Part shown: piece by piece, positions 47,961-58,914 of the stretch
Numbering within the stretch: the stretch's first letter is position 1
How the letters are laid out: each line of letters opens with the position of its first letter
DNA from: the human T2T-CHM13v2.0 reference genome, Homo sapiens
Reading direction: 5' to 3' (one strand)
DNA: 64,000 nt
Assembly (NCBI RefSeq): GCF_009914755.1
Contig: NC_060932.1
Made by a program: the position numbers and the translations under genes
The notes under the pieces: model-generated
What the model was told of the DNA's origin: nothing
Databases searched by the model: none
Seen by the model: the letters and a program-made list of their open reading frames with translations, nothing else

Positions 47961-48998
47961 TATTGCATTATGAGTCCTTATTGTTTTAAATTTTAAACCA
48001 TGTGATATGGTTTTAAAAAGTAAATTTAAAAGTAATGTAATTAACAATACAAATAAATTCCATGAAGTTCTATGCTTCATGCTCTCTCCTTCTTAGAGAT
48101 GCATATTAGCATTTCAAAAGTTCTGAAAAGTTCTACATTTTTCACCACCACAAAACAGTTTAGAGAAATGTTGTCTCCCTTCTGATGTAATTTTCATGGA
48201 ATTAACAATTGTCTCCTTTTTTTACTTGTATTTTTTTTTACAATTCATTCTCCAATTTTATCCCATAGTTCATTAGATCTATCAAACATCTATCAATATA
48301 ATTTCTCAAATACTCAAAATTAGATAATCTATCATTTCAATTACTGTAACTACTGTTTTCTCTTGAAGTCTGCCATCTCCCTGTTCAGTGAAAATGGGTT
48401 GCTCTCCAATTCTGCCATATTTCTCTCATCCTGGAGTTTCCCTTCTTAATTTCCTGGTCCGGTTTTCTGGATCTCATGTCTTTCTTTTTCTTGGGCTACT
48501 CCCATGTTTTGCTGAACACATTCTCTAGGAGCTTTCTTTAAAAAAAAAAAATGACATGGAAAGAAAGTATTTCATTCTTGTATATGTGAAAATGTTTTTA
48601 TTCTGCCCTTACATTTGACGGAAAGTTTGACTATAGAATTCTAAGTTGGAAGTTACTGTCCTTCAGAATATTGGAAAAATTTCACTTCATTATATTTCAG
48701 GATAACAATGACTTAGTAACATTGTTAAGAAATTCAATGCCATTCTAATTCCCATCTCTTTAATTTTTGTTTCCGCCCTCTGAAAACGTTTAGAATCTTC
48801 CCTTTAGTGTTAGTGTTCTCACCCTTTTAATGATGTATGTGCCTTAATGTAGGTCTTTTTACTTGGTGGGCCCTTTAAATATGAAGACTCCTGCCCTAGC
48901 AAAAATTTTTAAATTATTATTTTGATCATTTCTTCCCTGTTTATTTTTTGTTCTCTTTTTCTAGGACTCAGGTTTTTAATTAATTGACTGGATAAACA

Positions 48999-49438
48999 TG
49001 TCAGGCCTCTGAGCCCAAGCTAAGCCATCATATACCCTGTGACCTGCACGTATACATCCAGATGGCCTGAAGCCACTGAAGAACCACAAAAGTGAAAATA
49101 GCCAGTTCCTACCTTAACTGATGACATTCCACGATTGCGATTTGTTCCTGCCCTTCCCTAACTGATCAATGGACCTTGTGACACTCCTTCTCCTGGACAA
49201 TGAGTCTCAGGAGCTCCCCACTGAGCACCTTGTGACCCCCACCCCTGCCCGCAAGAGAAAAACCCCCTTTAACTGTAATTTTCCACTACCTACCCAAATC
49301 CTATAAAGACTGCCTCACCCCTATCTCCCTTTGCTGACTCCTTTTTCGAACTAAGTCGGCCTACACCCACATGATTAAAAGCTTTATTGCTCACCCAAAG
49401 CCTGTTTGGTGGTCTCTTCACACTGACGCGCGTTAACA
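48999..49438 (+). mobile_element. HERV-H solo LTR (LTR7, C/B-like)
   Basis: tgtcaggcctctgagcccaagctaagccatcat...ccaaatcctataaa...attaaaagctttattgctcac..aagcctgtttggtggtctcttcacac...aca. Confidence 0.92.
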
Positions 49439-49490
49439 GAATGAATGGATAGAAAAGTCTTCTGAGTACTTTTTAAGAAAAAAGCTTATT

Positions 49491-49790
49491 GGCCGGGCGC
49501 GGTGGCTCACGCCTGTAATCCCAGCACTTTGGGAGGACAAGGTGGGCGGATCACGAGGTCAGGAGTTCGAGACCAGCTTGGCCAACACGGTGAAACCCCG
49601 TCTCTACTAAAAATACAAAAATTAGCTGGGTGTGGTGGCGGGCGCCTGTAATCCAAGCTACTTGGGAGGCTGAGGCAGAAGAATTGCTTGAACCAGGGAG
49701 GCAGAGGTTGCAATGAGCAGAGCAGAGATCGCGCCACTACACTCCAGCCTGGGTGACAGAGCACGACTCCCTCTCGAAAAGAAAAAAAAA
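49491..49790 (+). mobile_element. AluSg-like SINE
   Basis: ggatcacgaggtcaggagttcgagacc; TSD aaaaaagcttatt. Confidence 0.92.
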
Positions 49791-50204
49791 AGCTTATTAA
49801 GCAATAAAGCACAGAGTATCAGACCATATGTTTAGTGCTGAACATTTTATTATAAATGATCAAAAATGTTTAACATACTATTGTTTACAACCTCCCACTA
49901 CTGTAAAATCTAACATTGCTACTTTCATTTCAGGTAATGCAAAAATACAAGAAGCATTAGCTGTCTGTAGGCAGAAATCTGTTCGAGTCATTCCTTATTA
50001 CTGAATCCCTAGAATTAATTAAACATCTAGTATGGAGTTGGTATTGTATATAACATTTGCACTCACGTCTTACAAAATAGTCATCTAAGTAGAAAGGTAT
50101 TCAAGGCAGAAGGATGGAAAAACGTTTGCAGTCTTTTTTGGTTGGCATGAAACACTGACTGCATTCCTCCCAGATTTATAAGAAAGAAATATTTGCAGTC
50201 TTAC

Positions 50205-50900
50205 CTGGAGTTAGATGGATGGACTCTCTCAAGGTTATTTTTCAATCTCTGCACATACATACTTATGGAAGTAAGAAAGAAGAGGGAGAAAAGGCAGATC
50301 CCCCATAACAGCGGTTAAACACCTGAACTTGCTCCACTATGACAGGGTTTATCATCCACCTCTCAGTCCTCAAGTGGCTGGAAATATGGAAATTGGAGTC
50401 CAGGTAGACAGGTGAGTGTACAACCTCTTAAGTGTGGAGCCCTCGGAATTCACAACACTCCCCAAATCGCTTCCTGCGCAGGCGCGGAGTCGGAAGGGAG
50501 TCGGAAAGCAGACCCCGGTGCCCCCTAATAAAGCCCCCAGCCGGACGCTGCCGCTACCGGGGTTTGGCAACTTCCGGAAGACCTGTGGCCCAAAGGAGAA
50601 TCCTGTTGGGGGAGGCGGGGGCCGGTGGTCGCTAACCAATCCGACACCCGCCAGCAGGCTGAAGAGAGGGGCTTTCCCAAAAGGAAAACTTTCCCAAACC
50701 TGGGGGATGGGAAGAGAAGACAAAAGGAGCTCCCTTTCCCACTTCCCAGCCGCCCGTCCCAGCCCTCGGCCTCCGCTGCGCGACCCGGGCGGAGGATCCC
50801 GGCCGCAGGCCGAGGCGAGAGCCAGGCGGGAGGGCCGCGAGCGGGCTGCCCCTCTCCCCGCCTTGCCGTCCGCCGCTGACGTAACCTGCGAAGTTTGGGG
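50205..50900 (-). ncRNA. Probable first exon of the divergent lncRNA from the RIPK2 promoter (RIPK2-DT/PARAIL); boundaries uncertain
   Basis: Recalled annotation of a divergent lncRNA at this locus; strong minus-strand donor CAG|GTAAGA at 50205/50204; bidirectional-type CpG promoter. Confidence 0.35.
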
Positions 50901-51066
50901 AGGGAGGAGCTCGGGCGGCCGGAGCTGGTCGCTGCGCGCGCCGGGGGGAGGGCCGGGGCTGCGAGAGAGGAAGCTCTTTCGCGGCGCTACGGCGTTGGCA
51001 CCAGTCTCTAGAAAAGAAGTCAGCTCTGGTTCGGAGAAGCAGCGGCTGGCGTGGGCCATCCGGGGA

Positions 51067-51087
51067 ATGGGCGCCCTCGTGACCTAG
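51067..51087 (+). promoter_or_regulatory. Upstream ORF (MGALVT*) in the RIPK2 5' leader
   Basis: ggaATGG strong Kozak context; TAG 133 nt before the main ATG. Confidence 0.65.
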
Positions 51088-51220
51088 TGTTGCGGGGCAA
51101 AAAGGGTCTTGCCGGCCTCGCTCGTGCAGGGGCGTATCTGGGCGCCTGAGCGCGGCGTGGGAGCCTTGGGAGCCGCCGCAGCAGGGGGCACACCCGGAAC
51201 CGGCCTGAGCGCCCGGGACC

Positions 51221-51393
51221 ATGAACGGGGAGGCCATCTGCAGCGCCCTGCCCACCATTCCCTACCACAAACTCGCCGACCTGCGCTACCTGAGCCGCGG
51301 CGCCTCTGGCACTGTGTCGTCCGCCCGCCACGCAGACTGGCGCGTCCAGGTGGCCGTGAAGCACCTGCACATCCACACTCCGCTGCTCGACAG
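51221..51393 (+). CDS. RIPK2: RIPK2 coding exon 1 (Gly-rich loop and VAVK lysine)
   Basis: accATG; [57 protein letters not shown]; donor AG|gtaggc; 173 nt. Confidence 0.98.
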
Positions 51394-51810
51394 GTAGGCA
51401 GTCACTGGGGTTCCCTGGAAGAGCCCTCAACTCCTGCATCCCCTCAAGCCCCCTGACAAGCGGGCTCTAGAGCCCAAATGGCAGTGACCGCTTGGGGCCG
51501 GCCTCACCTCGTCACCTCTAGGGAGCCCTTCAAGCTTGGGAGATAGGGAGCACCCACCCTTCAAGCTCTGGCACCGTAGGGAGCACAGGCTTCTCTGGAG
51601 ATGCAGCAGTTGCATTCCTCCACACATCTCTCCATTACCCTTTCTCTCCTTCCCTCTTACTCCTAGGCGTTCTGGCTCCGTACTCCAAAAATCAGCAATC
51701 ACTGCCTAACTCTAAACGCTGGGTTTACTGAAATTGATGTGTGTTTATATATAGTGGGTGTGGGTTTTGTTTGCTTTGTTTTTTCCTTATTTTTGAAATT
51801 GGGCTGTAGG

Positions 51811-52100
51811 GCTGCACTGTCCAGTAGGTAGCTCTTAGCCACAGGTGGCTATTGAGCACTTGAAATGTGCCCGTCCGAATTGAAGTGTGACCTAAGTGTA
51901 AAATACCAGAGTTCGAATGCTTAGTATTTATTAAAAAAAGAACTTATAATATTTTATTATTTGTTTATTGATTATATGCTGAAATAACATTTTTGATATC
52001 TTGGGTTAAATATAAGATTAAAATTCATTTTATGTGTTTCTTTTTACTTTATGTGGCCACGAGAAAATTTTAAATTGTATGTGGTGGTGTTCACATTATA
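51811..52100. mobile_element. MER33/MER3-like hAT-Charlie DNA transposon relic
   Basis: gcactgtccagtagg..agccacaggtggctattgagcacttgaaatgtg...ttggaccgcactg. Confidence 0.75.
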
Positions 52101-54778
52101 TGTTTATTGGACCGCACTGCTTTAGAATCAAGGATGTTTTGCTTCTTATTGTTTTTATTTTGGTTTTGGTTTATTATGTGTTGTCAGGAACGTTTTATAT
52201 CAAACTCAATACTAGCAGTTCAGTTTCTCCCAGTCTCAGTTTCTCTCACAGGGAAGATTAAGTAGAGGAAATGTGTGCTATTTTTGCCACAATAAATTGA
52301 ACCAAAAGACTGTTAAATGGCCAGAAATTGTAAATGGCTTTCACTTATTGGTTTGTACAGGTTTTAAGGGAAGGTTAGCATTAGTTTCTGTTTTCAGAAG
52401 AACATTACAACCGCGTGCCATAGACCTGTGACTGTGTATTAGTCAATGGGTCACTAGTCTTGTGTATTTTACTTCCTACAGGGATTTAACTAGGCCCAGC
52501 ATTCAGTTCTTAGTGAGTTAACATCCATGATTACAACATTCTCTTCTCCTCCTCCTATATCTAATGTGAAAATACGTCATCCCCGATGCCTGATTGGCCA
52601 GAAGCTGTGAGTATCCAGCATCAGATAAATTCCTCAGCTTCCGCCCTGCCAAAGTTACTGGATTTTCACCTGCCTGTGGCTTTTCTTCATTGTCTCTCAC
52701 TGTCAGGCTTCGATGGCCTAAATGGCACAGGAGATTTGGGACACTTCTAGAGCTTGTTTCCACTTCTTGTCTATCATAATCCAGATTCAGTGATATACAA
52801 GGTGTGGTGTCTGTTTACTCCAGGCCTTATATTCTGTGGAGCAAGTGCTGGACAAGTGTGTATATGTGTCTGTAGTCAACTTTTAAGGGTGGTGGTTGGT
52901 TAGAGAGGGTGGATATATGTTAGAACCAGTTATGCAAACACTATATGGAAATGTAGCACTGATGGACCCATTAGGTATTGAAAAGCCAATTGATCCTCCC
53001 ACTTTGGGTGCTGCTTCTCAGGATTTTGATTTATCTAAGCTTTGTGCAGTTTGGGGACCAAGAAGTGAAGAGGGAGTTTCCTTCCCATACTCATGAACAA
53101 TTTTCATAGTCTAAAATTCTTCACTGAATTGGGTAGGAAATTAATTCTGTCTTCGAGGAAGCCATAAGACCAGCGAAACACTCTGGCATTTACTGCATCA
53201 CATTCTTTTCTCCAATTTGTTACTTAAGATCTTATCATTGCAGTATTTATGTAGTCTGAGCATTAGATGAGGCTATGCAGTTGACTCACTGGTGTCTCTT
53301 TCCTCACTTATAAAATACGAATAATAAATACATGTGTTTCTCGGACTATGGAGAACAATGTTTGCATTGTTCTTTGGGATGACCTGAAAAAAAATAAGTT
53401 TATGCAATGTTACATGCTCTTATTTTAATGACTGGTGAATCAGTCTCCATAACCTGACTTCTATCCGATGAGTGGACCTTCCCCAACAATCTTCCCACCC
53501 CTTATGAGTAATGAGTCCAATTGGTTGTTCAAATACCCTGTAGATGACATAACTTTTCTGATTAAATTTTTGAGTTAATTTTGGTGATGTGACTATGGAA
53601 GCTGTACTTTACACCTTTATTTTCAAAATGTAAAAATCAATTTTTAAAATCTTTTGGCTTTAAAAAAAATTTCCCACTCACTCAATCTTGCCAAAAATCT
53701 ACCTTCAAGAACTTTCCTACTATATTCTTTGATCAAGCAATAGGGTAGAAAGAATGCAGGCTTTAATGTCCCATGATTGCAATTCAAATCTGACGCCAAC
53801 CCTGCCACTTATTAGTGTGACCATTAGAAAAGTATTAATTTTTCTGAGCCTTAGTGCCCTCATTTATAAAGTGGAGCTAATGAAACTATGTTTAGAGGGT
53901 GATCTTAAGATGCTAGTGCATATAAAGTGACTGACATGTAATAGGGTCACAGTGGAAAGAAGAATGCCTCTTAATGGGAGGAGGAAAGAGTGTGTGAAGT
54001 GTCACTGAGACTTCTGCAGCATGCACTCTCTATTGTTCTTAGTATCCAGGAATCTTCAGGGTCATCCTCTATTGTTGGCCTAAATCTCTTGGGGCAGATA
54101 TGGAACTATTTCCATCTAGGGAATAAACATTTAATTAAAATGGGTCTCACAAACTGATACTGGTTTCCTAGCAGTTGGAGTATTAAGTGATTGAAGGACA
54201 GAGAATGAGAGAAGCTTTTCACTTTATGCCTTCTTGTTACTCTTGAATTTTAAGACATATAAATATATGACCTATTCAAAAAATAAATGACGAAGATTCT
54301 TTTGCTTTGTTTTTTTGTTTGTTTTTAAAAGTAGTCCTCTTAGTCTGGTCTAGAATGTCTGTTGCTATTCATATTTCAACAGCCATTCATTCAGAGCTTG
54401 GGAGGTGTAAGAACTAACTTATCATCATTACTTACCTAATAGGCTTCTCCTGGAAACATTTCTATTTCTGTCATTGCTGCAGCCAACATCCAGTCACTCA
54501 GGGTAAAAAAATAATGACATCTCCAATTCCTTTTCATTTTTTTTTTAACCCCCTACAGTCAGTCACTACAACGCGGGCATTCTATTCACTTAGTGTTTTT
54601 CTTTCCATTTCCACTGCTACCTTTGTAGTTTTAGGTTCATGTATTAACTGGTATTAAAATCTCCTAACACCTGACTTTCAAACTCTACCACTTTCTACTA
54701 ATCCTACATCTTGTTGCCAAATTGATCATCTTAAAATTGTATTCTACTGTCATTCCCCAACTCAAAAACTTTCAGTCA

Positions 54779-54885
54779 CACCAGGTACATTGGCACACCC
54801 CTGTAGTCCCAGCTACTCAAGAGGCAGAGTAGGGAGGGCCAGTCTGGGCGACATAGCAAGATCTGGTCTGTTAAAAAAAAAAAAA
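54779..54885 (+). mobile_element. Alu monomer (FAM/FLAM-like) fragment
   Basis: cctgtagtcccagctactc...ggcgacatagcaaga plus poly(A). Confidence 0.7.
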
Positions 54886-55136
54886 GTTTCCAGTGTGTAT
54901 TCTGTATGTTAAAAAAAGCAAACAAACCGTCAATCACTTAGTGACTGCTAAGTGAAGTTTCACCACCCTAACCAGGCTTTAAGACTGAGATATGTCCCTA
55001 ACCTGTCTTATTCACCTTCACTCCTTTTATATTACATAAAAGGAGTGCATTAAACAATTCACAATTTCCCAACTTTAGCCTTCCCTTTAATTTCCTTGAA
55101 ATCATTTGATACCTACCTATTGGACGTCTGATACAA

Positions 55137-55350
55137 TTGAGCCCAGGAGTTTGAGGCCACCCTGAATAACATAGTGAGACCTTGTCTCTACAAAAAAAAA
55201 ATAGGCACGGTTGCATGCCTGTGGAGCTAGCTGGCTGCTGGGGAGGCTAAGGTGGGAGGATGGCTTGAATCCAGGAGTTTGAGGCTATAGTGAGCTGTGA
55301 TCACACCACTGCACTCTAGCCAGGGTGACAAAGAAAAATAGAAAAAAAAA
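55137..55350 (+). mobile_element. 5'-truncated AluJ
   Basis: ttgagcccaggagtttgagg, ggaggatggcttgaatccaggagtttgaggct. Confidence 0.8.
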
Positions 55351-55988
55351 TAGTTAAATATATATTTGTTTTACATATGAATAAACAAATGAACCTGGGA
55401 GCCAGTTACCCCAGCAGTCTATTAATATTATTGAGCATTTACCTGTTCTCAGTGATCTTTTCCTGAGTTCTGGTATATAATTTATAAATATTACTGACTT
55501 TTATGCAGCTATTGAATCTATAACATTTAAAGGTTTTAATATTCAGGATATTTGGAAAATGTTTATATGGTATGCAACCATAAAATTTAATATAATATTC
55601 TAATAAAACATGCTCATTTGAATACAATGTAAACTTAATCATGTAATTAGTTCAAGCACCAATTGTTCTAACATAGATAGACTTTATAAATTTAATACTA
55701 TGTTCTTTCCCATTCCTGGGATAAGTACAATAATAATAAACCTGTGTTTAGCACTTTTACCTGTCAATGGCTTATAGAAGTTAGTTTGGTCTCTAAACAG
55801 ACCTGTGGAATATATAGGGTAGGTATTATTTCTATTTTAAATATGATGAAACTAAGGTGCAGAGAAGTTGCATAATTTACATGAGGTCACATAGCTAATT
55901 AATGAAAAAAAATCCAGGCTTAGTCTTATAGGCATGATAATTGTATATTTTTTTATTACTTGAATAATTATGCATTTTTTTTTCTTAG

Positions 55989-56142
55989 TGAAAGAAAGGA
56001 TGTCTTAAGAGAAGCTGAAATTTTACACAAAGCTAGATTTAGTTACATTCTTCCAATTTTGGGAATTTGCAATGAGCCTGAATTTTTGGGAATAGTTACT
56101 GAATACATGCCAAATGGATCATTAAATGAACTCCTACATAGG
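55989..56142 (+). CDS. RIPK2: RIPK2 coding exon 2 (alphaC helix, gatekeeper/hinge VTEYM)
   Basis: tttttcttag| ... (S)[51 protein letters not shown] |gtaagt; 154 nt, phase fits exon 1. Confidence 0.98.
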
Positions 56143-58500
56143 GTAAGTATTACACAGTTTTAGTGGCCATAATTGCCATTTTTACTATTCAAACTATATT
56201 TTACTTTGATTTTATATTTGGTCAGATTATTTAGGGGTATATAGATGAATCAAAGAATAATGAAAAACTATCACAGGGATAAAATTTTACCTTTTGTGAC
56301 ATTTTTGTGTTGATTAAAACACTGTGGATTCAGGCCCTGTACTCTAGATTATTTTGCCTGGGTTACCATTCCTAACATTTATACCAAATTATAGTATTTA
56401 CATGCATATTACATGGGTAGAAATGGAAGAGATAAACTCTGCATACTGTAAAATCCACTGTTAAGTGATATTTTATTTTATATTAATAGCAATTTCAAAT
56501 TCAAATTTAATGTTATTAATACCAGTTCATAAAGTTCTGAATTAGCAGGCCAAATATTAATAAATTATCTCTGAATACCAGATACATTAGCTTTTCTAAT
56601 AATAGACAGTGGTATCAGCCATTTACCCTTTTTCCCAAGGTACCAGTCACTCTCTCTTTGATTATGAATCCCTTGAGTAAACAAATTCAGGGGTCCTCAT
56701 TCTCAAAATACATGTATTCATTATTAATATTATCATGAGTCTGTAGTTTCAGTAGATCTTTTTAAACTACTTGGTCCATTTTTTGAGGGTTGGCTTAATT
56801 AAAACTGTATTAATCTACAAAATCCAATCAATAGATACTCATAAATGATAGTGTAACACAATGCCCTGTAAGTGGCCAAGGGAAAGTGGGTGCCACTGTC
56901 AGTCAGTCATAGAGTAACTTCCTCTCAGTTTCAGAATACATCACATTCTATTCATGACTTGTGACCATTTGAAACAAGGATGGAATAAGTAACTGGTGTC
57001 AGTCTGTAAGATTTGTATAACTACCACAGAGCCAAGATACAAATATTAATAAATCACAATTTCTCTTTTATTTTTGTTGAGAAATGAGTATAAGTAGAAA
57101 TCTAACATTTTCTTCCCACACCCCAGCAGATACTCTGGCACCCAAATTTGCAGCTCGCTGGAAATTCTACAGCCTCCTCAAGGGGGATTGCTAACTCCTG
57201 GAAAAAAAATCATAAAATATACAGTGAGCACTTCTCTCCCTTGTCTCCATGATCACAAGCCCCCATATTATATTATGCTGCAGAGAGGCCTGGTAACTGC
57301 TTTAAACTGCATAATTTTCAGAAAAAGTTACCTTTTTTACAGATTAAAAGATTAAGTTTCTCTAGGGGACAGGCCTCTGTGTATGCCAGAGAAAGTAATG
57401 TTCCACGTCAGCTTTTTGTGTTTCTTTTGGTTTCCTGTATTGCATTATTTAGGGTGGGATTTATCTTGAAGTGCCCTCCCCCAACCTCACAAAATTCATT
57501 GAGAAAACTCAAGATGTATCATAAACAGTCTAAAATATTTTGAACCACTCCCCCTGCCAGATTGATCACTGAACTATAAGCTGACGCATTTGCAGAAAAA
57601 CTTCTCAAGAACAGTTTTGTACTTTCAGTAGAAGCAGTCTTTTTCATAGCATTTAGAAAAATGTGGTATGGTGCCTGGTGATTCATCGTGGATCTTCCCA
57701 AATTGCCTGATCTTCCAAAGTATGTTCATTCTCCTGGGAAGCCACATTAACTTTTATGTTCAGAAAACATTTATTTTAAGAAAACTCAGATGGATATTAT
57801 TTGAGTACTATGAAAAATAAAATGTTATGTTTTAAATGTGTCTGTTCTATACAGTTTTAGAAACAAAAATGAGTGTCCCTTCCACAAAAACAAAACAAAA
57901 GGCTAATTTTATAAGCTGGAATGCAGATAAATTAATTATATGATTAAATGTATGATAAATTAATGCTTAGTCAATAAATACAATATGATCATAATTTGTA
58001 ACTGATGCAGTGATTATAATGTATGATTTTATAGTAATAGAAAAATTAAAATACAAATTTTGAATGAATGCCTTGGTATTTACTAGAAAAAAACTGTCTG
58101 TAATTTTGTGTGTATTTGTGTGTACTCAAATTACCTGATTAAGACATAGAATGAGGAGGTGGATGTGGGTGTAAGTATATGACTCTGGCTATATACAGAT
58201 ACAAAGTAATTGAGATTTGTGTCAGCTGAAGAAAGACCCAAAACCATGTAGTTGCATGACCAATATAAACTAAAAGGAAGTATTGGTGCCATAAAGTTAT
58301 CATAATTTTCTCTATAAAGTGAGGAAAGTAAGACACAAAAATGTTAAACCCTATCAAATTGGTGCTATTTTATAAAAATGAGCATATGTTTTAACCTTAG
58401 TTTATACTGTATTTCCTCATGGAATATTTAACTTTCTAAGTGTGAAACATAGTGAAATTTGGACTAATTTCATTTTCTTTCTTTTCACATATATATGAAG

Positions 58501-58656
58501 AAAACTGAATATCCTGATGTTGCTTGGCCATTGAGATTTCGCATCCTGCATGAAATTGCCCTTGGTGTAAATTACCTGCACAATATGACTCCTCCTTTAC
58601 TTCATCATGACTTGAAGACTCAGAATATCTTATTGGACAATGAATTTCATGTTAAG
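58501..58656 (+). CDS. RIPK2: RIPK2 coding exon 3 (catalytic loop HHDLKTQN)
   Basis: gaag| [52 protein letters not shown] |gtaatt; 156 nt. Confidence 0.97.
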
Positions 58657-58914
58657 GTAATTACTTTTTTAAAAAGTTTATGTTTCCTTGTCCTTATAGT
58701 TTTAAAAATACTTTTTAGTTATTTCTTCGACCTAGCCAATTTCATGTCTCTCCTTAGAGATAGAGACTAATGAATAGTAATTTCCATAGCCCCTAATTTC
58801 TATCTTCTATTCTCCTTCTTCCTACTGCAGTTAGGAAGTTATTCCTAGACAGAGATAGAATTATGGTACAAAATACAAAGCCATTATGTTTCTTAATTGA
58901 ATTGTCAAGATCAC

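Larger units (their letters stand above)
50470..51520. promoter_or_regulatory. CpG-island promoter of RIPK2
   Basis: Very high GC/CpG content; ETS palindrome CTTCCGGAAG 50571-50580, CCAAT 50636-50640, kappaB GGGGCTTTCC 50668-50677, CRE-like TGACGTAA 50877-50884, GC boxes; no TATA seen. Confidence 0.92.

Noticed and set aside
50370-51456. Long overlapping ORFs (223, 229, 208, 139 and 115 aa) over the promoter
   Set aside because: Stop-poor CpG-island sequence with non-ATG starts and low-complexity R/G/P/A content; the real CDS starts at 51221
52500-52790. Possible processed pseudogene fragment in intron 1 (81-aa minus ORF)
   Set aside because: No recognisable parent protein, poly(A) tail or TSD
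54216-54226. IRF-like TTTCACTTT motif in intron 1 (also 52383-52395)
   Set aside because: Isolated short motifs expected by chance in AT-rich DNA
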